Below, piece by piece: positions 6,350-15,562 of a DNA stretch of 64,000 nt. Position 1 is the first letter of the stretch; each line of letters opens with the position of its first letter. Source of the stretch: Aquificota bacterium (GTDB lineage Bacteria; Aquificota; Aquificia; Aquificales; Aquificaceae); contig JAUQQK010000007.1 in the NCBI GenBank assembly GCA_030549905.1, positions 2,612 through 66,611 on the forward strand, given 5' to 3'. Under the pieces are notes generated by a model. That model was not told where the DNA came from. It did no database searches and saw only the letters and a list, made by a program, of their open reading frames with translations. A program made the position numbers and the translations under genes.

Positions 6350-7657
6350 ATGGTGGAGTTCAAAGAGCAGATAGGGCGGACAGAGATAGAGAAGTTTTAC
6401 GAATTCTGTAAAAAAGGCATCAACATGGAGGTGGCTTCTTACCTTGAAGCCTGTGTAAGGTGCGGAATATGTGCGGAGGCTTGTCTTTTCTACATGGGAG
6501 AAAACATATCTGGAAGGATCGACCCAACCTTAACACCTGCCTATAAGGCAGACCTTCTGAGGGATATATACAGGGAAAACTACACAATAATTGGTAGAAT
6601 AAAAAAGCTGTTAGGTTTGGGTGTAAAGATAAAGCCTGAGGATTTAAAAGAGCAAATAAAGCTTGCCTTTTATACCTGCACCATGTGCGATAGATGCACA
6701 AAAGCCTGCCCCATGGGAATAGATACCCCTAAGCTTGTAAGCATAGTAAGGGGTGCATTAACCTACGCAGGTCTGACGCCGAAAGACCTGGCGGACGCTA
6801 CAAACCTCTCTTTAGAGAAGGGGAGCCCTCTTGGTGTCGACACTCAAACCTTCCTTAAAAGGCTTGAGTTCATATCAGAAGAGTATGAAGTGGATATTCC
6901 TGTAGATAAAAAACCTGCTGAATATCTATATCTGCCTTCCTCCATAGAGCTTATGAAGTTCCCTTCCTCCGTAGCCTCTGCGGTAAAGGTGTTAAACAAA
7001 TCTGGAGTTAGCTGGAGTATGTCTACAAAAGCCCATGAGGCAACAAACTTTGGAATTTTTGCCCAGAGCAAGGAGGCCACTAAGGAGATGCTTTCAAGAG
7101 TTTTAGAAGGTGCGAAGGAGCTTGACGTTAAATATATAATAGCACCAGAATGCGGGCATGCATATCAATCCATGAGATTTATAGCACCAAACTTATTCCC
7201 AGAAGAATGGAACTTTGAAGTGCTTAACATAGTGGAGTTCATAGATAGAATGGTAGAAACGGGACGCCTCAGTATAAACAGAAAGGTCCTTATGGAGAAA
7301 AGCACCCTTCACGACTCCTGCCAGATAGGTAGAAGGGGAGGTGTTCTGAAGGAGCCAAGAAGAATACTTGGCATGCTTGCGGAAGATTTTAGAGATTCCG
7401 TGCTCATACCGGAGCATAACATATGCTGTGGGGGCGGTGGCGGTGTGCTTGTAATAAAAGATGCGGATTATTACAGACAGAAGGCGTTTTTGTCCAAGAT
7501 GACGCTCTTTGACAAGGTGGGAGCCAAAACGGTAGTCTGTTATTGTGCTAACTGCATGCTGGCTCTTAACACGGGAGCTAAAGAGCTAAACAGGGATTAC
7601 AGATTTGTAAGCATAGTGGAGCTTGTGGCAGAAGCTATAGAGGAGGGAGAGGAATGA
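6350..7657 (+). CDS. isp2: Isp2-type Fe-S protein (HdrD/DsrK-like)
   Basis: Two ferredoxin-type motifs (CVRCGICAEAC, CTMCDRCTKACP) and a CCG-domain motif (HNICCGGGGG) are present. Confidence 0.85.
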   Translation: MVEFKEQIGRTEIEKFYEFCKKGINMEVASYLEACVRCGICAEACLFYMGENISGRIDPTLTPAYKADLLRDIYRENYTIIGRIKKLLGLGVKIKPEDLKEQIKLAFYTCTMCDRCTKACPMGIDTPKLVSIVRGALTYAGLTPKDLADATNLSLEKGSPLGVDTQTFLKRLEFISEEYEVDIPVDKKPAEYLYLPSSIELMKFPSSVASAVKVLNKSGVSWSMSTKAHEATNFGIFAQSKEATKEMLSRVLEGAKELDVKYIIAPECGHAYQSMRFIAPNLFPEEWNFEVLNIVEFIDRMVETGRLSINRKVLMEKSTLHDSCQIGRRGGVLKEPRRILGMLAEDFRDSVLIPEHNICCGGGGGVLVIKDADYYRQKAFLSKMTLFDKVGAKTVVCYCANCMLALNTGAKELNRDYRFVSIVELVAEAIEEGEE

Positions 7658-9348
7658 AGAGGCTGGTGATTGACCCGATAACCAGGATTGAAGGGCATTT
7701 GAGGATTGAGTTGGAGCTTGAAGGAAATCGCGTAAAAAGAGCCTATTCTTCTGGGACAATGGTGAGAGGTATTGAGATAATACTACGGGGGAGGGACCCA
7801 AGGGAAGCCTGGGCTTTTGCTCAAAGGATATGCGGCGTATGCACTACAGTGCATGCCTTTGCCTCCATAAGGGCTGTGGAGGATGCCCTTGGCATAAGAA
7901 TTCCAAGAAACGCTTCTCTAATAAGGAAGCTCATGATAGGCACCCTTTTTGTACACGATCACGTGGTACACTTTTATCATCTTCATTCCCTTGACTGGGT
8001 GAACCCAGTGCATGCTCTCAAGGCGGACCCAGTAAAAACCTCTGAGCTTGCAAGAAATGTTTCCAACTACGAAAAGTCATCGCCTTCATACTTTAAGGAA
8101 ATCCAGGAGAAGATAAGACAGCAGGTAGAGAGAAGACAGCTTGGTATTTTTAGTAAGGGCTACTGGGACCATCCCGAATACAGATTACCGCCAGAGGCAA
8201 ACCTTCTGCTTCTTGCACATTACATAGAGGCTTTAAACTGGCAAACGCAGATAGTTCAGGTGCATACAATCTTTGGCGGTAAAAACCCACATCCCAACTT
8301 TGCAGTGGGTGGGATGCCCTGTAGTATAGACCTTCAGAGCGATACAGCCATAAACACGGAAAGGCTCAGCAGAGTTAAAAGTTTGATAGACAGCATGTTA
8401 GACTTCGTGGAAAAGGTTTATATACCCGACCTTATGCTTCTGGCAGGTTTTTACAAAAACTGGTTTGAAAGGGGTGAGGGCATTGGAAACTTCCTCGTGC
8501 TTGGAGAACCAGATGGGGACTCTCACAGGGAAGGCAAATTCTTCATACCGCCCACCTTTATAAGGAACAGGAATCTAAAAGCCTACGAAGATGTGGATTA
8601 CTCAAAGATAGAGGAATACGTAGCCCACAGCTGGTATAGTTATTCGGTTGGTGATGATAAGGGGCTCCATCCCTTTGAGGGAGAGACGCTTCTAAACTAT
8701 ACGGGACCTGAACCACCCTATGAACACTTAAATGTAGAAGGTAAATATAGCTGGCTGAAGTCCCCAAGGTATGAGGGTCTTTCAGCGGAGGTGGGACCTC
8801 TTGCAAGAGTGCTTGCCATGTATGCAAGGGGTGTGGATATGGTAAGGGAGTCTGTCAGCTCAAGCCTGTCAAAGCTGGGGCTCCCGCTGGAAGCCATGTT
8901 CTCCACCATGGGAAGAACCCTTGCAAGAGGACTGGAAACTCAGCTTTATGCAAGGGCTATGCAGGGCTGGTATAAAGAACTACTTGACAGGATAAAGGGT
9001 GGCGATACAAAAACCTTTGATGGAAGCAGGTGGGAGCCTTCCACATGGGAAAGGGAAGCAAAAGGGCTTGGTCTAATGGAAGCTCCTAGGGGCTCCCTTT
9101 CGCACTGGGTGCATATAAGGGAGGCTAAAATACATAACTATCAGTGTGTGGTGCCCACCACATGGAATGGCTCTCCAAGGGATGCAAAGGGGCAACCTTC
9201 TCCTTATGAAGCAAGCCTTGTGGGGCATGAGATTGCAAAATTGGAAGAACCCTTAGAGATAATAAGAACTATACACTCCTTTGACCCATGTCTTGCCTGT
9301 GCGGTGCATCTATATTACGGAGACTCAAGTGCCCTTGTGCTAATTTAA
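7654..9348 (+). CDS. hynL: [NiFe] hydrogenase large subunit
   Basis: The N-terminal RICGVCTTVH and C-terminal DPCLACAVH nickel-binding motifs are present, followed by a 12-aa C-terminal extension after the His. Confidence 0.95.
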   Translation: MKRLVIDPITRIEGHLRIELELEGNRVKRAYSSGTMVRGIEIILRGRDPREAWAFAQRICGVCTTVHAFASIRAVEDALGIRIPRNASLIRKLMIGTLFVHDHVVHFYHLHSLDWVNPVHALKADPVKTSELARNVSNYEKSSPSYFKEIQEKIRQQVERRQLGIFSKGYWDHPEYRLPPEANLLLLAHYIEALNWQTQIVQVHTIFGGKNPHPNFAVGGMPCSIDLQSDTAINTERLSRVKSLIDSMLDFVEKVYIPDLMLLAGFYKNWFERGEGIGNFLVLGEPDGDSHREGKFFIPPTFIRNRNLKAYEDVDYSKIEEYVAHSWYSYSVGDDKGLHPFEGETLLNYTGPEPPYEHLNVEGKYSWLKSPRYEGLSAEVGPLARVLAMYARGVDMVRESVSSSLSKLGLPLEAMFSTMGRTLARGLETQLYARAMQGWYKELLDRIKGGDTKTFDGSRWEPSTWEREAKGLGLMEAPRGSLSHWVHIREAKIHNYQCVVPTTWNGSPRDAKGQPSPYEASLVGHEIAKLEEPLEIIRTIHSFDPCLACAVHLYYGDSSALVLI

Positions 9349-9366
9349 GGCTTAAATTATTTAGAT

Positions 9367-10809
9367 ATGAGTCTGAAGGAAGCCCTAAAAAAGGCAGGGG
9401 ATTACATTTACCTACTGCCAGAGAATACCATACAGGGTCAAAGGGTTCCTGTTTACTTTTACCTCAGTGAGAGGCTCTATGAGCTTTTGGAAGAGGATGC
9501 CATAAGACAAGCTGCTAACGCTGCCACATTGCCCGGTGTAGAAAAAGCCATATATGTGATGCCAGATGTGCACGTGGGCTACGGTTTTCCTGTGGGTGGC
9601 ATTATGGCAACCGATATTGAAGAAGGCATCATAAGCCCCGGTTCCATAGGATACGACATAAACTGCGGTGTAAGGCTTATAGCCACAAACCTGATGGCGG
9701 AAAGTATAATGCCCGTTAGAAGGGAACTTATGCAGGAGATACTCAAAAGGGTGCCGGCGGGTGTAGGCTCCACGGGGAAACTAAAGCTTTCAAGGGCGGA
9801 ACTTTCTGAAGTAGCTACAAAGGGTGCCAGATGGGCTGTAGAAAAAGGTTTTGGCTTTGAGGAGGACCTTGAGCACATAGAAAGCGGAGGTGCCCTTCCC
9901 AATGCGGACCCATCAAAGGTTTCAGACTTTGCCTTCCAGAGGGGTTCTGAAGAGCTTGGCACGGTGGGCTCCGGGAACCATTTTGTAGAAGTGCAGTATG
10001 TAGATGAGATATATGATGAAGAAACCGCCAGAAAGCTTGGACTTGAGCTTGGGCAGGTTTGCATAATGGTGCATTCGGGCTCAAGGGGTTTCGGTCATCA
10101 GGTATGCGTAGATTATCTGAAAACCGCAAGGGAAGCCCTTAAAAAATACCACATAGAGATACCAGACATGCAGCTTGCCTGCATGCCCTTTAAATCGGAA
10201 GAGGGTCAGGGCTACTTTAAAGCCATGAACTCAGCCGCCAACTACGCCTTTGCCAACAGGCAAATACTTGGCTACCTTACCGCAGATACTCTAAGAAGTT
10301 TCCTTCACATATCCTGGGAGGAACTTGGCTACAGGCTCATATACGACCTTGCCCACAACATAGGAAAGGTGGAAGAGCATAAGGTAGATGGCAAAAGGAA
10401 GAAGCTCCTCGTGCATCGTAAGGGTGCTACAAGAGCCTTCCCACCCCACAACCCGGATGTGCCACCTGCTTACAAAGATATAGGTCAGCCCGTTATAATA
10501 CCGGGCGATGTGGGTAGGTATTCTTTCCTTTTGGTGGGACAAAGCAAAAGTATGGAGCTTAGCTTTGGGAGTGCCTGCCACGGTGCAGGAAGGCTCATGT
10601 CAAGGACTAAGGCAAAGGAGTTTGTAAAAAGGGAGGGGCTTGAGAAGGTGCTGAGCGGTCTTGTGGTGGTAGCGAGGGGTAAAGGAACGGTGGCGGAGGA
10701 GATACCTCAAGCCTATAAGGATGTTTCTGAGGTAGCCATGGTGGTGCATGCCCTTGGCATTGCCAGGCTGGTGGCAAGGTTTAAACCATTAGGCACATTA
10801 AAGGGATAG
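9367..10809 (+). CDS. rtcB: RNA-splicing ligase RtcB
   Basis: This 480-aa ORF carries RtcB signatures (GYDINCGVR, GSGNHF, HSGSRGFGH, HRKGAT). Confidence 0.9.
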   Translation: MSLKEALKKAGDYIYLLPENTIQGQRVPVYFYLSERLYELLEEDAIRQAANAATLPGVEKAIYVMPDVHVGYGFPVGGIMATDIEEGIISPGSIGYDINCGVRLIATNLMAESIMPVRRELMQEILKRVPAGVGSTGKLKLSRAELSEVATKGARWAVEKGFGFEEDLEHIESGGALPNADPSKVSDFAFQRGSEELGTVGSGNHFVEVQYVDEIYDEETARKLGLELGQVCIMVHSGSRGFGHQVCVDYLKTAREALKKYHIEIPDMQLACMPFKSEEGQGYFKAMNSAANYAFANRQILGYLTADTLRSFLHISWEELGYRLIYDLAHNIGKVEEHKVDGKRKKLLVHRKGATRAFPPHNPDVPPAYKDIGQPVIIPGDVGRYSFLLVGQSKSMELSFGSACHGAGRLMSRTKAKEFVKREGLEKVLSGLVVVARGKGTVAEEIPQAYKDVSEVAMVVHALGIARLVARFKPLGTLKG

Positions 10810-10838
10810 TGTTATAATAGTGAATTCTGGAGGCACGC

Positions 10839-12413
10839 ATGGGTGAATTTGAAAAGCTACTGGAAGAGAGCCTTGAGCTAAGAGAAATAAGGAGAGGGGA
10901 GGTGATAAAGGGGACTGTGGTGAAGGCGGATAACAGAAACCTATATGTGGATGTGGGATACAAGGTGGAGGCAATCCTGCCGAGGGAGGAACTGCCAGAG
11001 GCAAAGGTGGGCGATGAAATAAAGGCGGTGGTCGTAAAACTTACAAAGGGTGGAACACCCATACTTTCCTATAGAAGATATCTTGAGGATAAGCTTTTTG
11101 GATTTTTAAGGTACTGCTATGAGAAGGGTAAGTTCATAACGGGTACAGTGGTGAGCAGAGGAGATGAGGGATACATAGTGGATGTAAGCGGGCTTAAGGT
11201 ACTCCTTCCTTACAAGGAGTCCGCCAGGAACCTCAAAGAAGGTAAAAAGATAATCGCCAAGGTCATTGAGTTAAAAAAGGAAGGGCAAGAGCTCAAAGTG
11301 GTGCTGTCTCAAAAGGATTATCTTAAAGCACAGGAGGAAAAAAAGAAGGCAAGGCTCCTTTCAAAGCTGAAGGTGGGCGATGTGATAGAGGGTAGGGTAA
11401 TAAAGATAGACCCTGAAAAGGGTATAACCCTTCTTGTGGGTAATGTGCTGAGAGCTTTCCTGCCAAATGAAGAGCTTAGCTGGAGCAGGGATAAAAATCC
11501 CTACCATTATGCGGAGATAGATGAAAGGCTAAGAGTGAAGGTTAAAAAGATACCGAAGGATGGACAGTTCATATTTGTAAGCCTTAGGGATATGAAAGAA
11601 AACCCGTGGATTAAAGCGGAGCAGAGCATAAAGAAGGGTCAGACACTAAGCGGTAGAGTAGTGGAAGTAAAGGAAAACGGGCTTATTGTGGAGGTAATGG
11701 AAGGCGTTGAGGGGTATGTGCCAAAGGAGGAAATATCTTACGATGGCTCTACCCCCAGGAAGGGCGATAAGGTGTCCCTTCAGGTGCTTGAGTTTGATCC
11801 CAAGAGGAGAAGGCTCATACTTAGCATAAAAAGAACCCTGCCAAAACCATGGGAGGAGTTCCTCAAAGAGAACCCTGCAGGCAGTAAGGTAAAAGGCACC
11901 GTAGAAAGAATAGAAGGGGCAAGGGCTATAATAAGGCTTACAGATAAGGTTCTTGGTGTTATTCACAGGAGCGACCTTGACTGGGTCAAGCCCGGAAGGG
12001 TTGAGGACGTGCTTGAAGTGGGCCAAAGCTTAGAGTTTGCAGTGCTGGGGCTTGATGGGAAGTTTGTCAAACTTGGTCTAAAACAGCTCAAAGAAAATCC
12101 ATGGGAAAAAATTCTCAAAAGCTACAAGGTGGGCGATAAGGTCAAGCTAACTGTAAAGAGCTTGCATCCCTTTGGTGCCTTTTTACAGTTTCCAGAGGGT
12201 ATAGACGGGCTATTGCCCATGTCTGAAATACCAAGAGGGGTAAAACTGGAAGAAGGTCAGGAGGTGGAAGCTAAAATCATAGAGCTCTCCCAGGAAAAGA
12301 TAACGCTGAGCCTTAAGGAGGAAGAGGAAAAGAAGGAAGATATAATAACCACTGCAAGCTCTGACAAGGGCTTTACCTTGGGCGACATATTGAGAAAGAA
12401 GATGAAAATATGA
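10839..12413 (+). CDS. rpsA: 30S ribosomal protein S1
   Basis: This 524-aa ORF consists of repeated S1 OB-fold modules (G.V.KG.V..I...G..V.L). Confidence 0.9.
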   Translation: MGEFEKLLEESLELREIRRGEVIKGTVVKADNRNLYVDVGYKVEAILPREELPEAKVGDEIKAVVVKLTKGGTPILSYRRYLEDKLFGFLRYCYEKGKFITGTVVSRGDEGYIVDVSGLKVLLPYKESARNLKEGKKIIAKVIELKKEGQELKVVLSQKDYLKAQEEKKKARLLSKLKVGDVIEGRVIKIDPEKGITLLVGNVLRAFLPNEELSWSRDKNPYHYAEIDERLRVKVKKIPKDGQFIFVSLRDMKENPWIKAEQSIKKGQTLSGRVVEVKENGLIVEVMEGVEGYVPKEEISYDGSTPRKGDKVSLQVLEFDPKRRRLILSIKRTLPKPWEEFLKENPAGSKVKGTVERIEGARAIIRLTDKVLGVIHRSDLDWVKPGRVEDVLEVGQSLEFAVLGLDGKFVKLGLKQLKENPWEKILKSYKVGDKVKLTVKSLHPFGAFLQFPEGIDGLLPMSEIPRGVKLEEGQEVEAKIIELSQEKITLSLKEEEEKKEDIITTASSDKGFTLGDILRKKMKI

Positions 12414-12652
12414 AGAGAAAAGAGCTTATCAGTAGACTGAGAAAAGAACATTTCCCCCAATATTCAAAAAGAAAGGTTCAGAAAATGGTAAATTTTCTTA
12501 TAGAGCGGATGGCAGAGGCAGTAAGCTCAGAGGAAGGCTTGAAGGTATCAGGTTTTGGTAGCTTTAGAAGAAAGGGTAAGCGTATAGTGTTCAAGCCAAG
12601 TAAAAAGTTGCTACTTAGGTTGAAAGAAGAGGTAAAAAGGGCTAAAATGTAA
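12410..12652 (+). CDS. HU/IHF-family DNA-binding protein with a shortened beta-arm
   Basis: The 80-aa product has an HU-like N-terminal helix pair and the GFGSF motif. The rpsA-ihfB-like gene order matches E. coli. The arm segment is about 20 aa shorter than in canonical HU. The start overlaps the rpsA stop (ATGA). Confidence 0.65.
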   Translation: MKRKELISRLRKEHFPQYSKRKVQKMVNFLIERMAEAVSSEEGLKVSGFGSFRRKGKRIVFKPSKKLLLRLKEEVKRAKM

Positions 12653-12657
12653 TTTAA

Positions 12658-12730
12658 CGGGGTGTGGCGCAGGCGGAAGCGCGCTGGCATGGGGGGCCAG
12701 AGGTCACGGGTTCAAGTCCCGTCACCCCGA
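12658..12730 (+). tRNA. tRNA-Pro (anticodon GGG)
   Basis: The 73-nt sequence folds as a cloverleaf: CGGGGTG acceptor, GCGC D-stem, CTGGC/ATGGGGG/GCCAG anticodon arm, and ACGGG-TTCAAGT-CCCGT T-arm. CCA is not encoded. Confidence 0.9.
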
Positions 12731-12751
12731 TTTTAAAAAGGAGGTGGAAAG

Positions 12752-13390
12752 ATGGTAGTGGTAGTCCAGCCTGTGGAAAAGGACCTTGAACAGCTCGTTC
12801 TAAGGGTCTTTTTAAAAGCCATTGATGTGCTTGGAGGTCTATCCAAGCTTGCGGAATTTAGAACACTTACATGGCTTCCCTCCCTTGCAAGAGCAGCATA
12901 CTGTGTGGTGCTAAGGGAAGAATACTTTAAAACGGACAGGGAAATAGCGGAAAAGGTAGGGCTTACCGTTCAGACGGTTAGAAATATACTGAGGGCTGAA
13001 CCCTCCGAAGCCCTTGAAAAGATAAGAAGGCTTGAAGAGCTTGTATCTCAGGAGGCAAAGGAGCTAAAGGTCCATACGGCCGGTGGTGTGGCAAAGCTTG
13101 CCTACAAGCTGGTGAAAGAAGGGCATGAAGAGCCTAAAGTATTCCTTGAATACTGTGAGAGGGTAGCCTACGCTTTAGACATACCTTGGGCTTACATGGT
13201 GCTGAAAAGGCTAAAGGGCACAGACTTTCCTATAAACTCTTCAGAGGATATAGCCCGCAAGGTGGAAGGCGTCTACATTAAGGGAAGACCGGCTTCAGAT
13301 GTTTTGAAGGAGCTTGAATATCCCATAAGGAACCCGGCGGAGCTACTCCACAGGATAAAGGAAAACCTCAAGATGCACGGGCTTGAATAA
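12752..13390 (+). CDS. Hypothetical protein with a probable helix-turn-helix
   Basis: This 212-aa ORF has a good RBS (AGGAGG) and an HTH-like segment, DREIAEKVGLTVQTVRNILR. Confidence 0.55.
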   Translation: MVVVVQPVEKDLEQLVLRVFLKAIDVLGGLSKLAEFRTLTWLPSLARAAYCVVLREEYFKTDREIAEKVGLTVQTVRNILRAEPSEALEKIRRLEELVSQEAKELKVHTAGGVAKLAYKLVKEGHEEPKVFLEYCERVAYALDIPWAYMVLKRLKGTDFPINSSEDIARKVEGVYIKGRPASDVLKELEYPIRNPAELLHRIKENLKMHGLE

Positions 13391-13392
13391 GG

Positions 13393-14457
13393 CTACCCAC
13401 CCTTTAGAACCCTCTTTTCGTATATGAGGGCAATGGTAAAGAGGGAGGTAAATATGATAGGTCCTAGGAATATGCCCACAAAGCCGAAGGCAATTAGCCC
13501 TCCGAGTATGGAGAAGAAAAGGACTATATAAGGTATGTCTATGCCCATCTTCATGATTAGGGGTCTGGCTATATTGTCCGCCGTTGATATTAGAAGCAAT
13601 CCGTAAAAAAACAGGAAAATGCCCGCCTGATGACTCTTTTGAAAGAAGGTATAAAGAGCAACCGGAAACCACACAAAGCTGGCACCAAGGGGTGGCACAA
13701 AAGAGCTTAAAAAGGTGGCTATGCCAAGAAGTAGGGCATAGTCAATACCCACAAGGCTATAACCTATAAAACCCAAAAACCCTTGCAGTAGGGCAACACC
13801 CACCGAGCCATAAACGGTGGCAAGAACCGTCTTATATACGGTGAGAAAGACCTGCTCCACATCCTCTGAGTGCATGGGAAGGAAACGTTCAATGAACTTT
13901 GCAAACTTTGGTCCGTCCCTTAGTATAAAAAAGAAAGTAAGGAGGAATACGAAGGCTTTAAAGACAAAGGAGGCTACCGCAGGTACCAAGGAAGCTAAAA
14001 GATTTACACCCTTCTGAGCCATGTCTCTCAAACCGCTCAGAAGAAGGTTTTTGAAGCCTTCCGACTGGATATAATCCAGAAGGCTTTTTAGCTCCTCCTG
14101 CGTTAAAAACCTGCTTATATACCTGTTTTCATAGAGGTTTCTCAGCAAGGTTTCGTATGAGTTTTCCTGAAGCATGTTCAGCATAAAGTGAAGTAGCTCT
14201 ATGGACTGTCTTATGGCTATTGCCAGAACCATACTAAAGGGTATGACCACAAGAAGAAATACAAGAAGCGTGAGCAAAAGGGCGGAAGGCGTATTTCTTA
14301 TTTTCTTTGAAAGTTTCAGATGAAGGGGGTATGCCACTAAGGCAAATATAAGAGCCCAAAGTATAGGTTTTAAAAAGGGCAGAAGCATAATAAGGGCAAG
14401 GCATACAAAAAAGCCCGTAAGCCCAAGAAGAAAGTATAAAAAGATCCTTTCCCTCAC
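13393..14457 (-). CDS. AI-2E family transporter (PerM/UPF0118-like permease)
   Basis: This 354-aa ORF has about eight TM helices and the family's typical architecture and motifs. Confidence 0.7.
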   Translation of the reverse strand: MRERIFLYFLLGLTGFFVCLALIMLLPFLKPILWALIFALVAYPLHLKLSKKIRNTPSALLLTLLVFLLVVIPFSMVLAIAIRQSIELLHFMLNMLQENSYETLLRNLYENRYISRFLTQEELKSLLDYIQSEGFKNLLLSGLRDMAQKGVNLLASLVPAVASFVFKAFVFLLTFFFILRDGPKFAKFIERFLPMHSEDVEQVFLTVYKTVLATVYGSVGVALLQGFLGFIGYSLVGIDYALLLGIATFLSSFVPPLGASFVWFPVALYTFFQKSHQAGIFLFFYGLLLISTADNIARPLIMKMGIDIPYIVLFFSILGGLIAFGFVGIFLGPIIFTSLFTIALIYEKRVLKGG

Positions 14458-14475
14458 AGGCTTAAATTATATCCT

Positions 14476-14688
14476 ATGGAAAGGTGTCCAAAATGCGGTG
14501 CCTACCTTGAGATAATAGAGTGCTGTGGAGGTGGCATATTCAGGTGTGAGCCGTGTCAGGAGTATTACTTTTACGGAGAACTCATACAGTTTCAAAGGGG
14601 TTCTGGGGAGGGCGACGGAGAAGTTCAAGAGCCACTTCACGAGGAGGAAGACCTTCCACAACCACCGAATAGACAGCCCAGCTTATAG
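14476..14688 (+). CDS. Possible small zinc-ribbon protein
   Basis: The product contains CPKCG...CEPC (two CxxC pairs in the first 30 aa). The 3' 107 nt overlap the convergent gpsA gene, so the acidic, proline-rich tail may be an artefact. Confidence 0.3.
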   Translation: MERCPKCGAYLEIIECCGGGIFRCEPCQEYYFYGELIQFQRGSGEGDGEVQEPLHEEEDLPQPPNRQPSL

Positions 14689-15562
14689 GAGCATGAATTC
14701 CTTTATTCTTAGAGAGTTCATATACAGCTTTAACTGTATGCACACCCTCCACCGTCTGTCCAAGCCTTTGCAGTGCCTCCTCCACAGAAAAACCCTGACC
14801 GATAAGGTATCCAAAGCTCCTATTCCTTGACTGAGAAGAGCTGGCGGTCAAAAAGAGGTCCCCCATACCAGAAAGACCATAAAAGGTTTCCCTCTTTGCA
14901 CCAAGGAGCAGACCAACCCTTACCATCTCCGCAAGACCCCTCGTCATAAGGGAAGCCCTCGCATTTTCACCAAAGCCAAGTCCATCTGACATACCGCAGG
15001 CAATGGCTATAACGTTTTTTAAGGCACCTCCAAGTTCAACACCTATAAGGTCTGTGGAAAGATATACCCTGAAGTTCTCCGAGCTTATAAGGCTCCTTAT
15101 CCTTTCAAGCTCATCAAGGTTCTCTCCAGCCAGCACAAGGGCGGTAGGAAGCCCCTTGGATACTTCACTGGCAAAAGAGGGACCAGAAAGGCAAAAGACT
15201 TCAGCTTGAGGCTCCAGCTCTTTAACTATCTCTGAGACCCTCCTGTTTGTTCCCACCTCAAGCCCCTTTGAAGCGGAGATAAGCCTCTTACCCTTAAGAC
15301 TTTGCCCCTCCAGCACAGACCTTATTGCTTGGACTGGAAGGGCTATTACAAGGTAGTCGGAAAAGTCCAGAACTTCTCTGAGCTCGGTGGAAGCCCTTGC
15401 GCAGGGTATGGAGAGTCCCTCCATGTATGGATGTCTTCCAGAGTTTATAAGCTCTACCACCTTATGGCTTTTGTCAAAGACCATAAGCTCATGTCCCAGC
15501 CTGCAAAGATGAAGGCTTAATGCACAGCCCCATCTTCCTCCACCGAGGACGGAAAACCTCAT
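14582..15562 (-). CDS. gpsA: NAD(P)H-dependent glycerol-3-phosphate dehydrogenase
   Basis: This 326-aa ORF has an N-terminal GGGRWG Rossmann motif, and GpsA-like sequence runs throughout. Confidence 0.9.
   Translation of the reverse strand: MRFSVLGGGRWGCALSLHLCRLGHELMVFDKSHKVVELINSGRHPYMEGLSIPCARASTELREVLDFSDYLVIALPVQAIRSVLEGQSLKGKRLISASKGLEVGTNRRVSEIVKELEPQAEVFCLSGPSFASEVSKGLPTALVLAGENLDELERIRSLISSENFRVYLSTDLIGVELGGALKNVIAIACGMSDGLGFGENARASLMTRGLAEMVRVGLLLGAKRETFYGLSGMGDLFLTASSSQSRNRSFGYLIGQGFSVEEALQRLGQTVEGVHTVKAVYELSKNKGIHAPISWAVYSVVVEGLPPREVALELLRRPPQNPFETV

Noticed and set aside
14525-14830. 101-aa plus-strand ORF
   Set aside because: It is antisense to the well-supported gpsA C-terminal region and out of frame with the zinc-ribbon ORF. 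It has no RBS.
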